Source of the DNA: a virus
Taxonomy: Duplodnaviria; Caudoviricetes
Virus record (IMG/VR): IMGVR_UViG_3300020445_000005
Span: 1 to 46,691 of that record
DNA: 46,691 bases
Strand: one strand, 5' to 3'
Shown: one piece after another, positions 35,857-45,900 of the stretch
Layout of the letters: each line of letters starts with the position of its first letter
How positions within the stretch are numbered: position 1 is the stretch's first letter
The notes under the pieces: model-generated
The model's input: only the letters and a program-made list of their open reading frames with translations
Told to the model about the DNA's origin: nothing
Databases searched by the model: none
Position numbers and translations under genes: made by a program

Positions 35857-36846
35857 ATGTCAACAGAAGAAGTTAAAAAACGTAACTCTGCCATTTTTAT
35901 TAATGGTGGTGCTGGACGAGTCATTGCATCAATACCTGCTCTAGAAAAATTTCAAGAAGAAAATCCAGACGATGACTTTGTTATTGTTTGCGAAGGAGGA
36001 ACTGATTTCTTTAAAGGACATCAATCCTTATATGCTAGAGTGTACGACCATTGGCACAAAGGCTTATTTCAAGATAAATTAAAAGAACGAAATTTAATAA
36101 CACCTGAACCATATAGAGTTTGGGAATATTATAATCAAATGTGTTCAATAGCTCAAGCATATGATATTGCTATTAACAACAAAGGATTAAGAAAACTACA
36201 AAAACCTAGAATTAGATTAAACAAAGAAGAAATGATCTTTGGTAAAAAACTTGTAGACGAAGTAAAAGAAAAAACTAAAAAAGACAAAGTATTAGTTTTT
36301 CAACCTTATGGTAGAACAGTACACCATGAGAACGGAATGATATCAGATTATAGTGGTAGAAGTTTCGAGGCTGAAAATGCCGTTAGTATTGTTAAAAAAC
36401 TCTCTAAAAAGTTTGGCGTAATTCACATGGCAGAGTTTGGAATTGATTTTCAAAAACATGAAGTAAAAGATCCAGTAGCAAGTCCTATGGGAGCAGACTT
36501 AAGACATTGGTGCGGAATAATTGCAAATGCAGATTACTTCTTAGGTTGTGATAGTTCAGGACAACATATGGTCCATGCATTAGATAAAAAATGTACAGTA
36601 GTAATTGGATCAACTTTTCCTATTAACGTTTCTTATCCCGACGATGAAAACATTGACATTCTAGATATGGGCTTAGGTGCAAGAACTTATTCGCCTATTA
36701 GAGTTACAACTGATGAATATGCTGATAGAACCAATGATGGTATTATGGCAATGAACGATAAAGTTGAAGCAATTATTGTTGAGTCAGTTACAAATGGAAT
36801 GACTGGTAAACCGAGGATAGGACACAAATATAAAGACAAAGACTAA
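35857..36846 (+). CDS. GT-B glycosyltransferase, GT9 (heptosyltransferase)-like
   Basis: N-terminal GGAGRVIASIPAL; C-terminal LR....II..ADYFLGCDSSGQHM..AL.K...V..GST. Confidence 0.75.
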   Translation: MSTEEVKKRNSAIFINGGAGRVIASIPALEKFQEENPDDDFVIVCEGGTDFFKGHQSLYARVYDHWHKGLFQDKLKERNLITPEPYRVWEYYNQMCSIAQAYDIAINNKGLRKLQKPRIRLNKEEMIFGKKLVDEVKEKTKKDKVLVFQPYGRTVHHENGMISDYSGRSFEAENAVSIVKKLSKKFGVIHMAEFGIDFQKHEVKDPVASPMGADLRHWCGIIANADYFLGCDSSGQHMVHALDKKCTVVIGSTFPINVSYPDDENIDILDMGLGARTYSPIRVTTDEYADRTNDGIMAMNDKVEAIIVESVTNGMTGKPRIGHKYKDKD

Positions 36847-37661
36847 TGGATAGACTGTTTACATTTGGTTGTTCATATACTTCATGGAACTGGCCAACGT
36901 GGGCAGACATCTTAAGCCTTGAAGCTAACTATTACGAAAACTGGGGTCATGCTGGTTTAGGCAATCGTGCTATTGCTGAACGTGTTGCAGAATGCAATAT
37001 AAAAAATAAATTCAATAACAAAGATCAAGTTATAATACAATGGACTAGTCATTTAAGACATGATTGGTTGAACTTTAAACATAAAGAACCTTGGCAAACA
37101 AAAGGTAGTATATTCAGTTATCAAAATGAAGAACTATATGATAAAGAATGGATTGATACTTTTTATGATGAGAAAGCATTTTTCTTACATACATTACACG
37201 CAATAGAATTAACAAAAGGCTTATTAGAATCTACAGGTTGTGAATTTTATTTTACAAGTATAAGTGATCTTAATACATTAGGAACAGATATTCCACATCA
37301 AAAAGGTCATGGAGAAAACTTAAGAAACACACCTGAACTTGCAGATGCTATAAAAGAATATAATTTAGAAGAATATAAAGATGTACTAAAAGGTGATCAT
37401 TGGTTATGTCCAATAGGACTTCATGCTTGGAATAGACCAGACTTAACGTGGTGGTTCAATGGTGATGAAGGAAGATGGGTAGAATTACATCCTAGTCCTT
37501 ATCAACATTTAGATTGGGTACACAATCATAACCAGAACGTAACAGAAGAACAAAAAAAATTGATAGATACAACTGTTAAAGCAAAAACTGATGATTATAA
37601 AGAGACTATTGCAAATATTTCTAAAACAGTAAATTGGAATAGAACTTATAGAGGATTTTAA
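36846..37661 (+). CDS. SGNH/GDSL-like protein (possible acyl transferase/esterase)
   Basis: FTFGCSYT block I, N.G..G.GN block II, late HPS...H motif. Confidence 0.5.
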   Translation: MDRLFTFGCSYTSWNWPTWADILSLEANYYENWGHAGLGNRAIAERVAECNIKNKFNNKDQVIIQWTSHLRHDWLNFKHKEPWQTKGSIFSYQNEELYDKEWIDTFYDEKAFFLHTLHAIELTKGLLESTGCEFYFTSISDLNTLGTDIPHQKGHGENLRNTPELADAIKEYNLEEYKDVLKGDHWLCPIGLHAWNRPDLTWWFNGDEGRWVELHPSPYQHLDWVHNHNQNVTEEQKKLIDTTVKAKTDDYKETIANISKTVNWNRTYRGF

Positions 37662-39467
37662 ATGAAAAAAGAACCAGTATGGATTGCCGGAATAGCTCGA
37701 GGACATAACGCAGGTGTATGTTTATTGAAAGACGGCGAAATAGTTTTTGCAATAGAAGAAGAAAGACTTACACGTCAAAAATACGATGGTGGTCCTTATG
37801 CTTCTATGTTAAAAATTTTAGAATATACTGATAAGCTAGACTTTTTAGTAGTTGCACATACACAAAATTTACAAAGAACAGCAGGTAGAGTTGACTTTAG
37901 TGGCGATGATGTTTATACTGGACTAGCACGTAAGTTAGGATTAATAAGTAGAAAGCCTTATAACCCAGAAGAAAATCACCCACAAGTAATTGACATGAGT
38001 CATATACATCATAAATTACACGCCGCGACAGCTTTTTATAGATCAGGATTTAGTGATGCAGTAGCAGTTATTGTTGATGGTGCAGGTACGTTTATAGATT
38101 TAGCTACTAATACAGGTGAACCACAAACTGTTTGGGAAACAGAAACAATATATGATTGTGCATATCCAGATAATTTTAAAACACTTTACAAACACTTAGG
38201 TACTAATGGTCCTATGGTTACGCAATACTTAAAAGATATGTCAAGTGAGTTATATGATGAACCTAAAGAATGGACACACGATGTTTTACTTACTGAAAAT
38301 GCAGGTATAGTAAAAACTTATGAGGCAGTAACAGAATACTGTGGCTTTAGTTTTATTGAAGCAGGTAAAACAATGGGATTATTTCCATATGGTAGACGTG
38401 CTAATATTAAATTATTTAGAAATGATACTATGTGGCCTATATCAGATAGACAAATGATTATACCTACATATCCAAACGGTGCTCACGTAAACTATAACTT
38501 CTTCCAAGAACTTATAGATCATGATAATGAAGATGTAAGCAAATTAGAAAACAGAAGAAATTTAGCTTATGCTGTACAAACAGAAACACAAAATCAAGTT
38601 GTTAAATTAATTAAACGTGCAGTAGAAATGTCAGGTAAAAATAAAGTTGTTATTAGTGGTGGTTACGGATTAAATTGTGTAGCAAACTACGAATATTTAG
38701 AACAACTAAAAGACCAAAATATTGAAATATATGTTGAACCAGTAAGTAATGACGCAGGTACGGCCATGGGTGCGGCAATGTTAATGCATAGAAGACTTAC
38801 AAAAGATAATAATGTTCAAGAGCAACAGGATACACTATACGAAGGTCCTGCTTATTGTTATTCAGATGAACAAATAAATGCTATTGTAGAAAAATATGGT
38901 GCAACTATTGAAGATTCAGATAAAAGCAAAGTAGTTGACATATTAGCTGATAGAAAAATTTGTACTATTTTTCAAGGACGTTCAGAAAATGGTCCACGTG
39001 CTTTAGGTAATAGAACTATTATGTATGACCCAAGTGATCCTAATGGTAAAGATCACGTTAATCTAGTTAAACGTAGAGAATACTTTAGACCTTTTGCAGG
39101 TAGTATACTTGAAGAAGATGTACATGAATGGTTTGACTTACGTGGTATGAAAAGTTCACCAACTATGATGTATGCTGTAAACTGTCAAGAAGGTATTGCA
39201 GAAAGAATTCCAAGCATTATACACGTTGACGGAACTTGTAGAATACAAACAGTTAGTGAAAAACAAAATCCTCATTACTATAATTTGATTAAAGCGTGGA
39301 AAGAAAAGACTGGATTGTCTATTATCTTTAATACAAGTTTTAATTTAGGTGGAGAACCATTAGTAGAAACATTAGATGATGCTGTACGTACATTAAAGCA
39401 CAGCGACATTGAGTACTTATGGTTACCTGAATATAACAAACTTGTGACGCTTAAAAATGACGGATAA
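37662..39467 (+). CDS. Carbamoyltransferase, NodU/CmcH/TobZ family
   Basis: EEERLTRQK, HHKLHA..AFY.SGF, DGAG, GKTMGL, SGG..LNCVAN, DAGTAMGAA, FQGRSE.GPRALGNR, KRRE.FRPFA, HVDGTCRIQTV, NTSFNL.GEPLV. Confidence 0.93.
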   Translation: MKKEPVWIAGIARGHNAGVCLLKDGEIVFAIEEERLTRQKYDGGPYASMLKILEYTDKLDFLVVAHTQNLQRTAGRVDFSGDDVYTGLARKLGLISRKPYNPEENHPQVIDMSHIHHKLHAATAFYRSGFSDAVAVIVDGAGTFIDLATNTGEPQTVWETETIYDCAYPDNFKTLYKHLGTNGPMVTQYLKDMSSELYDEPKEWTHDVLLTENAGIVKTYEAVTEYCGFSFIEAGKTMGLFPYGRRANIKLFRNDTMWPISDRQMIIPTYPNGAHVNYNFFQELIDHDNEDVSKLENRRNLAYAVQTETQNQVVKLIKRAVEMSGKNKVVISGGYGLNCVANYEYLEQLKDQNIEIYVEPVSNDAGTAMGAAMLMHRRLTKDNNVQEQQDTLYEGPAYCYSDEQINAIVEKYGATIEDSDKSKVVDILADRKICTIFQGRSENGPRALGNRTIMYDPSDPNGKDHVNLVKRREYFRPFAGSILEEDVHEWFDLRGMKSSPTMMYAVNCQEGIAERIPSIIHVDGTCRIQTVSEKQNPHYYNLIKAWKEKTGLSIIFNTSFNLGGEPLVETLDDAVRTLKHSDIEYLWLPEYNKLVTLKNDG

Positions 39468-40092
39468 ATTTACACAATATTTCGACACAAAGATATACTG
39501 GACTGATGAAATAGACGGTTGTGGTAATACCATGATTGATGATTTCTTAGACGCAACTTCTTTTATCACTAGTGACAAAGTTTTTTACAACTCGTTAGAA
39601 TGGTGTAGTGGACCAGGCTTTTGGGGGTTTGGGTTGCTAACTACAGGTAAAACAGAAAAGATAACTTTATCTGATATCTGGGAACCTAACCAGAAACCTG
39701 TATTACATACTATACTAAAAAATGAACTTGATGAAAAAGCACAATTCTTCTTAAGTGACAATTTTAAGTTAATTCCTAAACAATCTTTTGACCTAATTGT
39801 TGCTAATCCTCCACATTTTAATGGTGACCCGTATGTTGCACACTATGACGATCCAAGGAAATATAAAGATTTAGACTGGTCTATACACAAAGATTTCTTT
39901 AATAACGTCGGAGATTACTTGTCAAATGACGGAGTAATAATACTTGCTGAAAATGTATGGGGGTCAAATCCTGACACATTTAAAGACATGATTGCTGAAA
40001 ATAATCTCAAGATTACTCATCATTTTCCTTCAAAACAGTATCCGTTAGATATGTGGTATTTGGGGATAGCGAGAGAATCCGCGGAGCGGTAA
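39457..40092 (+). CDS. Class I SAM-dependent methyltransferase (HemK/MTS-like)
   Basis: LEWCSGPG motif I and FDLIVANPPHF motif IV. Confidence 0.85.
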   Translation: MTDKFTQYFDTKIYWTDEIDGCGNTMIDDFLDATSFITSDKVFYNSLEWCSGPGFWGFGLLTTGKTEKITLSDIWEPNQKPVLHTILKNELDEKAQFFLSDNFKLIPKQSFDLIVANPPHFNGDPYVAHYDDPRKYKDLDWSIHKDFFNNVGDYLSNDGVIILAENVWGSNPDTFKDMIAENNLKITHHFPSKQYPLDMWYLGIARESAER

Positions 40093-40138
40093 AAAAGCAA
40101 ATTTAATGCCGCGAAGCGGTTAAAAGCGGTAAAACGGT
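40079..40138 (+). repeat. Short direct-repeat cluster (AGCGGT)
   Basis: CCGCG(G/A)AGCGGT at 40079 and 40109; AGCGGT at 40085, 40115 and 40125; ACGGT at 40134. Confidence 0.7.
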
Positions 40139-40189
40139 TTTGGACTGAAGCCTCGCTTAAATAGGTAAATATACTAAAGAGGATAGTTA

Positions 40190-41881
40190 ATGTTTGATAT
40201 CAGCAAGTTTTTACGTAAAGGACAAAACAACACAGTTGAATTTAGAGGTGGAGCAAACCTGTCATATGCAGGTCCATCAGCAACTCTTGTTGAAAACGGT
40301 ACTGAATTAGACCGTTGGTATGTTGGTTCTTATTTCGGCGTAGAATACACTATTGCTTGTGATGTTAACTCCGCACGTAAAGAGATTATTAAATGCTTAT
40401 GTACAGCTAGTACAAGCACAGCAAACATAGTAATATACGGTAGAAGTAACTTAGGTAATGACTTATTACAGCTAGAAGTTGAAGTAACAGATGCTTACTT
40501 TAAACTTATGGCATATCCTAGAGTACAAGAAGATTCAACAAGTATATCTGGTGCAAAAATTATACATAGTGCAAACTATTATGCAACACTAAACGAGCCA
40601 GGACCTGTTATTGCAGGATCAAGTTCAAGTGCGTATGCACCAACTTATACATTAAGCAGAAGTACTTCACAAGCAAACGAAGGACAGAGCTTTAGTATTA
40701 CACTTATTACAACAAATGTAAACGCAGGTACAACTATTCCATTTACAATTACTGGAGTACAACAAGCAGATATTGGTGGTGCAAATTTAACAGGAAACTT
40801 TATTACTGGAACTACTGATACATTTACATATCCAGTTACAGCAGACTTATCAACAGAAGGTACAGAAACATTTACAATGACACTTGACGGTAAAGAAACT
40901 ACTGCAAGTGTTATACTAAATGATACTTCACAAACTCCTGCTTTATCATACACATTAACTTCAAACTTATCAAATGTTAATGAAGGTGATACATTTAGAA
41001 TTACACTAACAACTGGAAACGTTGACCCGGGTGTTACATTAGATTATACAGTTACAGGTGTAACTGCGGCAGACTTAACAGCTGGAAATTTAAACGGAAG
41101 TTTCATTGTAGGTACAACTGATTATTTTGACTTTACACTTTCAGAAGATGTTACAACAGAAGGTGTAGAAAGTTTTAATATTGCACTTAACAATGGTGAA
41201 GCAACTGCACAGGTACAAATTGCAGATACTTCTGTAAGTCCAGCAGTAGCTAGTTACAGTTTAGGACGTTCGGCGGCAACAGTTAATGAAGGTGGTAGCT
41301 TTACTATTACACTTACAACGACAAACGTTTCTAATGGTACAAGTTTACCTTATACAATTACAGGAATTACAAGTGCAGACATAGGTGGAACTGCTCTAAC
41401 TGGAGACTTTATTGTTGGTTCACAAGAATCAAGAGTATTCAATGTTACAGCAGATGCATCAACTGAAGGTGTTGAAACATTCCAACTAGCACTAGACAAT
41501 GGAGAAAGTACAGTAGGTGTTACAATTAATGATACTTCAATTACTCCAGGTAACAATTATAATATTACAGTTACAAATAGTGGATCAAGTGGATACACAA
41601 TGTCAGGTACAGATAGAAATGGTGCAATAGGCGGCGGAAATAATCCACAGATTAATTTAAATGTAAATGATAATTTAACATTATCAATGAACGCAGTAGG
41701 TCATCCATTATATATTAAAACAACAAACTCAACAGGTACAGGTAACCAAGTTACAACACCAGCGGCAGTAGGCCAAGGTAATGTTTCAGGAAGTATTACT
41801 TGGACCCCAAGTACAGCAGGTACATACCATTACAACTGCGAATTTCATGCTGGTATGCACGGCTTAATCGTGGTAAGTTAA
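40190..41881 (+). CDS. Virion protein with three Calx-beta/Ig-like repeats and a C-terminal cupredoxin-like domain (563 aa)
   Basis: TAAATA at 40158 and 40166; three ~100-aa repeats Y.L....NEG..F.ITL.T.NV...D.STEG.E.F; C-terminal GHPLY...GTYHYNCEFHAGMHG. Confidence 0.7.
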   Translation: MFDISKFLRKGQNNTVEFRGGANLSYAGPSATLVENGTELDRWYVGSYFGVEYTIACDVNSARKEIIKCLCTASTSTANIVIYGRSNLGNDLLQLEVEVTDAYFKLMAYPRVQEDSTSISGAKIIHSANYYATLNEPGPVIAGSSSSAYAPTYTLSRSTSQANEGQSFSITLITTNVNAGTTIPFTITGVQQADIGGANLTGNFITGTTDTFTYPVTADLSTEGTETFTMTLDGKETTASVILNDTSQTPALSYTLTSNLSNVNEGDTFRITLTTGNVDPGVTLDYTVTGVTAADLTAGNLNGSFIVGTTDYFDFTLSEDVTTEGVESFNIALNNGEATAQVQIADTSVSPAVASYSLGRSAATVNEGGSFTITLTTTNVSNGTSLPYTITGITSADIGGTALTGDFIVGSQESRVFNVTADASTEGVETFQLALDNGESTVGVTINDTSITPGNNYNITVTNSGSSGYTMSGTDRNGAIGGGNNPQINLNVNDNLTLSMNAVGHPLYIKTTNSTGTGNQVTTPAAVGQGNVSGSITWTPSTAGTYHYNCEFHAGMHGLIVVS

Positions 41882-41909
41882 ATGCAGATAAATACAATAG
41901 GAGCATAAT

Positions 41910-42941
41910 ATGGCAGTCGTAAAATCAGCATTTGAGGCACAACACGGATTTAAATCACCAGGATTCACAGTCGATGAACAAGGTAACGTTACCTTACGTA
42001 GTGTAACATATACATACACAGCAGAAGAAACTGATGTATCAGGTGACTATGTTGTTAGAGATGCAGGTGGTAACTTTACATTTGATGGACAGTTTGAATC
42101 AGACGGTATTACATTAAAAACAAATCCAGGCGTTACTTTAACAAGAGGTAGTGCATACGTATTCAATTTAACTTTAAGAACAGTTAACCAAGCAGGACAA
42201 ACACTTGGTAATAATAGTTTCAACGTTTTTAGTATAGATGATAGTGGTGGTTATACATTATATGACACAGGACTATCTTGGTTAAATGCTGGTGGTACAG
42301 ATAAGAAAACAGAATCAGAAGCACAAGGACAATTTACAGGTAAAACAACTTTCACAGTACCAACAAATGCTCCGGCGGCTTTATATTATGGAGATGCTGA
42401 TGCTAATCCAGTAGGAATGTTTACTATTGAAGACCCAACTATTACTGGTGTTGGTAGTTTCTCAAGCATACTTACAACAGGTAATATAACTGCACAAGGT
42501 GAAAATGCTGTAATTACATTATCGCCTACAGGAAGTTCAGGTACAGTAGTAATAAATCCAACAAATGGTGGAACTATTAACAATATGGACGTTAATGCAT
42601 TAAGATTAACGGCTTCAGATAACGTTACTTTAACTGGTGAAAACTCAGACATTAGAATTGCTCCAACAGGATCAGGTGGTACAGTATTGATAAATCCAGC
42701 GGCTGGTGGAACATTAGATAACATGAATATAGGTGCTACGACACCGGGAACGGTTACTTCAACAAATTTAGTTGCGAGTGCAGGGACGCTAAATAATACA
42801 GTAATAGGTAATACTAAACCAAATAAAGCTACGTTTACGACGGGTAATGTACAAGGCGAGCCTACACAAAGTACGGCAATAGCTAATAAGAAGTACGTGG
42901 ACTCAAGAGCGACGGCATTGGCAATAGCATTAGGAAGTTAA
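41910..42941 (+). CDS. Tail fibre-like protein (343 aa)
   Basis: TAAATA at 41889; duplicated GEN..I...PTGS.GTV.INP..GGT..NM repeat; ends ANKKYVD...ALAIALGS. Confidence 0.65.
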   Translation: MAVVKSAFEAQHGFKSPGFTVDEQGNVTLRSVTYTYTAEETDVSGDYVVRDAGGNFTFDGQFESDGITLKTNPGVTLTRGSAYVFNLTLRTVNQAGQTLGNNSFNVFSIDDSGGYTLYDTGLSWLNAGGTDKKTESEAQGQFTGKTTFTVPTNAPAALYYGDADANPVGMFTIEDPTITGVGSFSSILTTGNITAQGENAVITLSPTGSSGTVVINPTNGGTINNMDVNALRLTASDNVTLTGENSDIRIAPTGSGGTVLINPAAGGTLDNMNIGATTPGTVTSTNLVASAGTLNNTVIGNTKPNKATFTTGNVQGEPTQSTAIANKKYVDSRATALAIALGS

Positions 42942-42946
42942 AATAG

Positions 42947-45900
42947 ATGGCTAAACAAAAGATAGATACGTATATATTCCAACCAGGAATTCCCGTTTCA
43001 GAAAACAGAAACCCTCATGCGTATGAATTAATTAAAAATAACGTTGAGTTTATCTGTGACGAAACTGTGGCATGGATTGCCGCACAGGTTTTAGCCAATG
43101 CGGCTGACCCTACTAGCTTCTGGTACAACTATACATACAATTCACCAAAGTGTGAAAGAGATACAAGATACAATTTACAAGGTGTAAATGGTGACGGTGG
43201 TATTTTATACGATTTAAGATATGGCGGAAACGCACAGGCAAGATTTTTAGCAAGTAAATATTGGATTAATTCAACTCCACAGGTTGACGGAGATAGACAA
43301 CCTGAAGTAGCGGCAAAGAACTTTGTTGTTAGTTTAATTAATAACTATATTTTACCTCAAGCAACTTTTACATCTGCACAAAGTCCAGTAGTAACAACAC
43401 AATATACTAACAATGGTTCAAGTTATGAATCAGGATCAGATGCAAGAGTTACTGCCTTGTTTGCAATTATTACAGACGTTATTACAAACGGACTTGATAA
43501 TGTTCCAGCACTTGATAGAACAAAAGTTTCAAGTGTTAAGATGCAGACTCGTGTTCCATCAAACGATTTATTATTAATTACTGATACAACAAACAACGAA
43601 GTTATCTTTAACTTTAGTGATCCTAAATTAGGTGGAAGTTGTGAATTCCAAACAGATGATACTTCACAATTAACTAAAGGTGTTGAAGAAGACTTTCCAA
43701 AGTTCTTAGAAAGAACAGGAACTATTACAACTGTTTATCTAGATAAAAATACAGACAACATAACTTATACAGATAAAGCAGTAGCAGTTTTAGAAGCAAA
43801 CTTAGAATTTGTTAAAAAAGAAACAGTAGCCTGGATTGCGGCAAACGTGGCAAGTGCAACTTCAGGTATGTGGCACAATTATACATACAACACTACCAAG
43901 TGTGAAAGAGATATGGGATTAAACGTAGCTGGTATTACAAAAGATATCAAGTACGGCGGTAATGCAAACACATATCTTAATGCAAGTAAGTATTGGGTAC
44001 AAACAACTCCACAAATTGACGGTGATAGAACTCCAGAGATTGCGGCTAAAAACTTTGCAAGAGATTTAATTAACAATTACATTTTAAAAAATGTTGCATA
44101 CACTTCACAACAAGTTGGAGCAGGTGCAGTATCACAGAATGTTATTTTAAGTTTACCTGAAATAGGTGTTAATACAAGAGTAACTAACTTATTCTTTGTT
44201 ATTACAGATGTAATTGAGAATGGTTTAGACAATTTACCAATTGAAGAAAAAATACCTTTATACTACGACACAGATGATTTACAGATCTTTATAGATCAAG
44301 GTGAAACAAGAACAAGACCATTTGATTTTGGTACTGATGCTATTGAACGTATGAGAGTTTCAAACTCCGTATCCATGCTTGATGCTGACTTTGAATATGG
44401 TCTACAGCCTACGAAGTGGCAAGCGATTGCTATGCAAAGAGGTTATCCAAGTATTTACGAAGTACCAGGTACTGATAAAGAAGTTGCTTCAGTTGTAACT
44501 GATGCTTCAACAGGTACAGGTGGTGTTGGTCAAAGTTTAATTACAGTAACAACAGTTGGTGCTCATGGTATTGTAGCAGGTACACCTATTACAATTAAAG
44601 CTCTTGAAAATAGTATTCAAGGGGCAAGTAGAGCAGAAGGTTCGTTTATAATTTCAACTGTTCCTACTGCAAATACATTTACATTTTTTGCTAAATCAAA
44701 AGTTGGTACAAGTAACGGACAAGTACTTTCAACTTATTACACACAGTTAAGAGAAGCAAACTTTTATACTGGTGCGGCGATTGGTAGTCCAACATTTAGT
44801 ATTATATCACAAGGTACAGCAGGTACATTTACAAACCCATTAGCGGCTCCAAATGGTTCAGACAAAGTTACTTGGATTGGAAACACACCAGAGATTGGTG
44901 CTCCGGTACAAAACGTTGCAGGACAAATTGCAACAGCAGGTACAATAGGTGTTGCGAATGCAAGTAGAACAGCAGGAACTTACACAGCAATAAGTGGTAG
45001 TTCAGATAGTATTGCTTCAGAATTAATTGTTGGTACATTTGATATTGTTATTGACGGTACAGGTGCGGCAACAAGTATAACAAATTTTAAAGGTGGTAGA
45101 AATAACGCAGTAGGCGATACTATCACAGTATTAGACGCTTCATTAGGAGGCGGTGGTGCACCAGCATTAACTTTCCAAGTTGCAACTAAAACAGATGGAA
45201 CAGGTATTGGAAGTGGTGCTCAGGTTACAGTTGTAACAGGTGGTGGCGGAGAAATTGCTACTTGGTCAGTTGCAGGAGATTATGCAAGTGGTGTTAACCA
45301 AATTGCATTAAGTGATGTAACAGGAGTATTAGCAGGACAGGCCATTGATAGAGGAGATGGTACAGCAGTTCACGTATCAAGTATTGTTGGAACTGATGTA
45401 AACTTAGATGGTAATACTTCAACTGCTATTGTTGGTAACAACGTACAATATACAGCAGTTGCAGGAACAAACTATAACAGTACAGGTTTTGGTGCATTGT
45501 GGGATATTGACAGAGCAGGTGGAAACTATACAGTTACACAAAATAATACAGGTGGTGATCAATATGAAGTAGATGATGTTATTGTTGTACTTGGTAACAC
45601 ATTAGGTGGACAAACTACAACTAACGATTGTCGAATTACTGTTAACTCAGTTGATTCAAGCGGATCAATTACATCATTTAGCTCGTCAGGTTCAGCATTT
45701 GACGGTAACGGAAGTTTTAGTAACATCGCTGGTCAAAACATGAACGGTAACGGTTTAGGTGCAATATTTGATGTTACATATACAAACAATGCTTACACAG
45801 TAAGTTTAAAAGATCCAACTTATGCCAATAATGCAACAGGTGTAACACAAGGTGGTGTTGGTACTGGTGCGGCATGGGACGTTGTATTAACAAATAATAC

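Noticed and set aside
39457-40092. DNA adenine methyltransferase call from the NPPH motif
   Set aside because: The protein is small, with HemK/MTS-like motif order and no evident target-recognition domain; the substrate is left undetermined.
40079-40138. CRISPR mini-array
   Set aside because: The repeats are too short and irregular, there are no spacers of typical length, and no cas genes are present.
69-44076. The many minus-strand ORFs in the track that lie opposite long plus-strand genes (e.g. 2468-2905, 8090-8719, 30055-30420)
   Set aside because: They are antisense shadows of codon-biased genes with no RBS or recognisable motifs. Only 1404-2267 and 1180-1356 are credible minus-strand genes.
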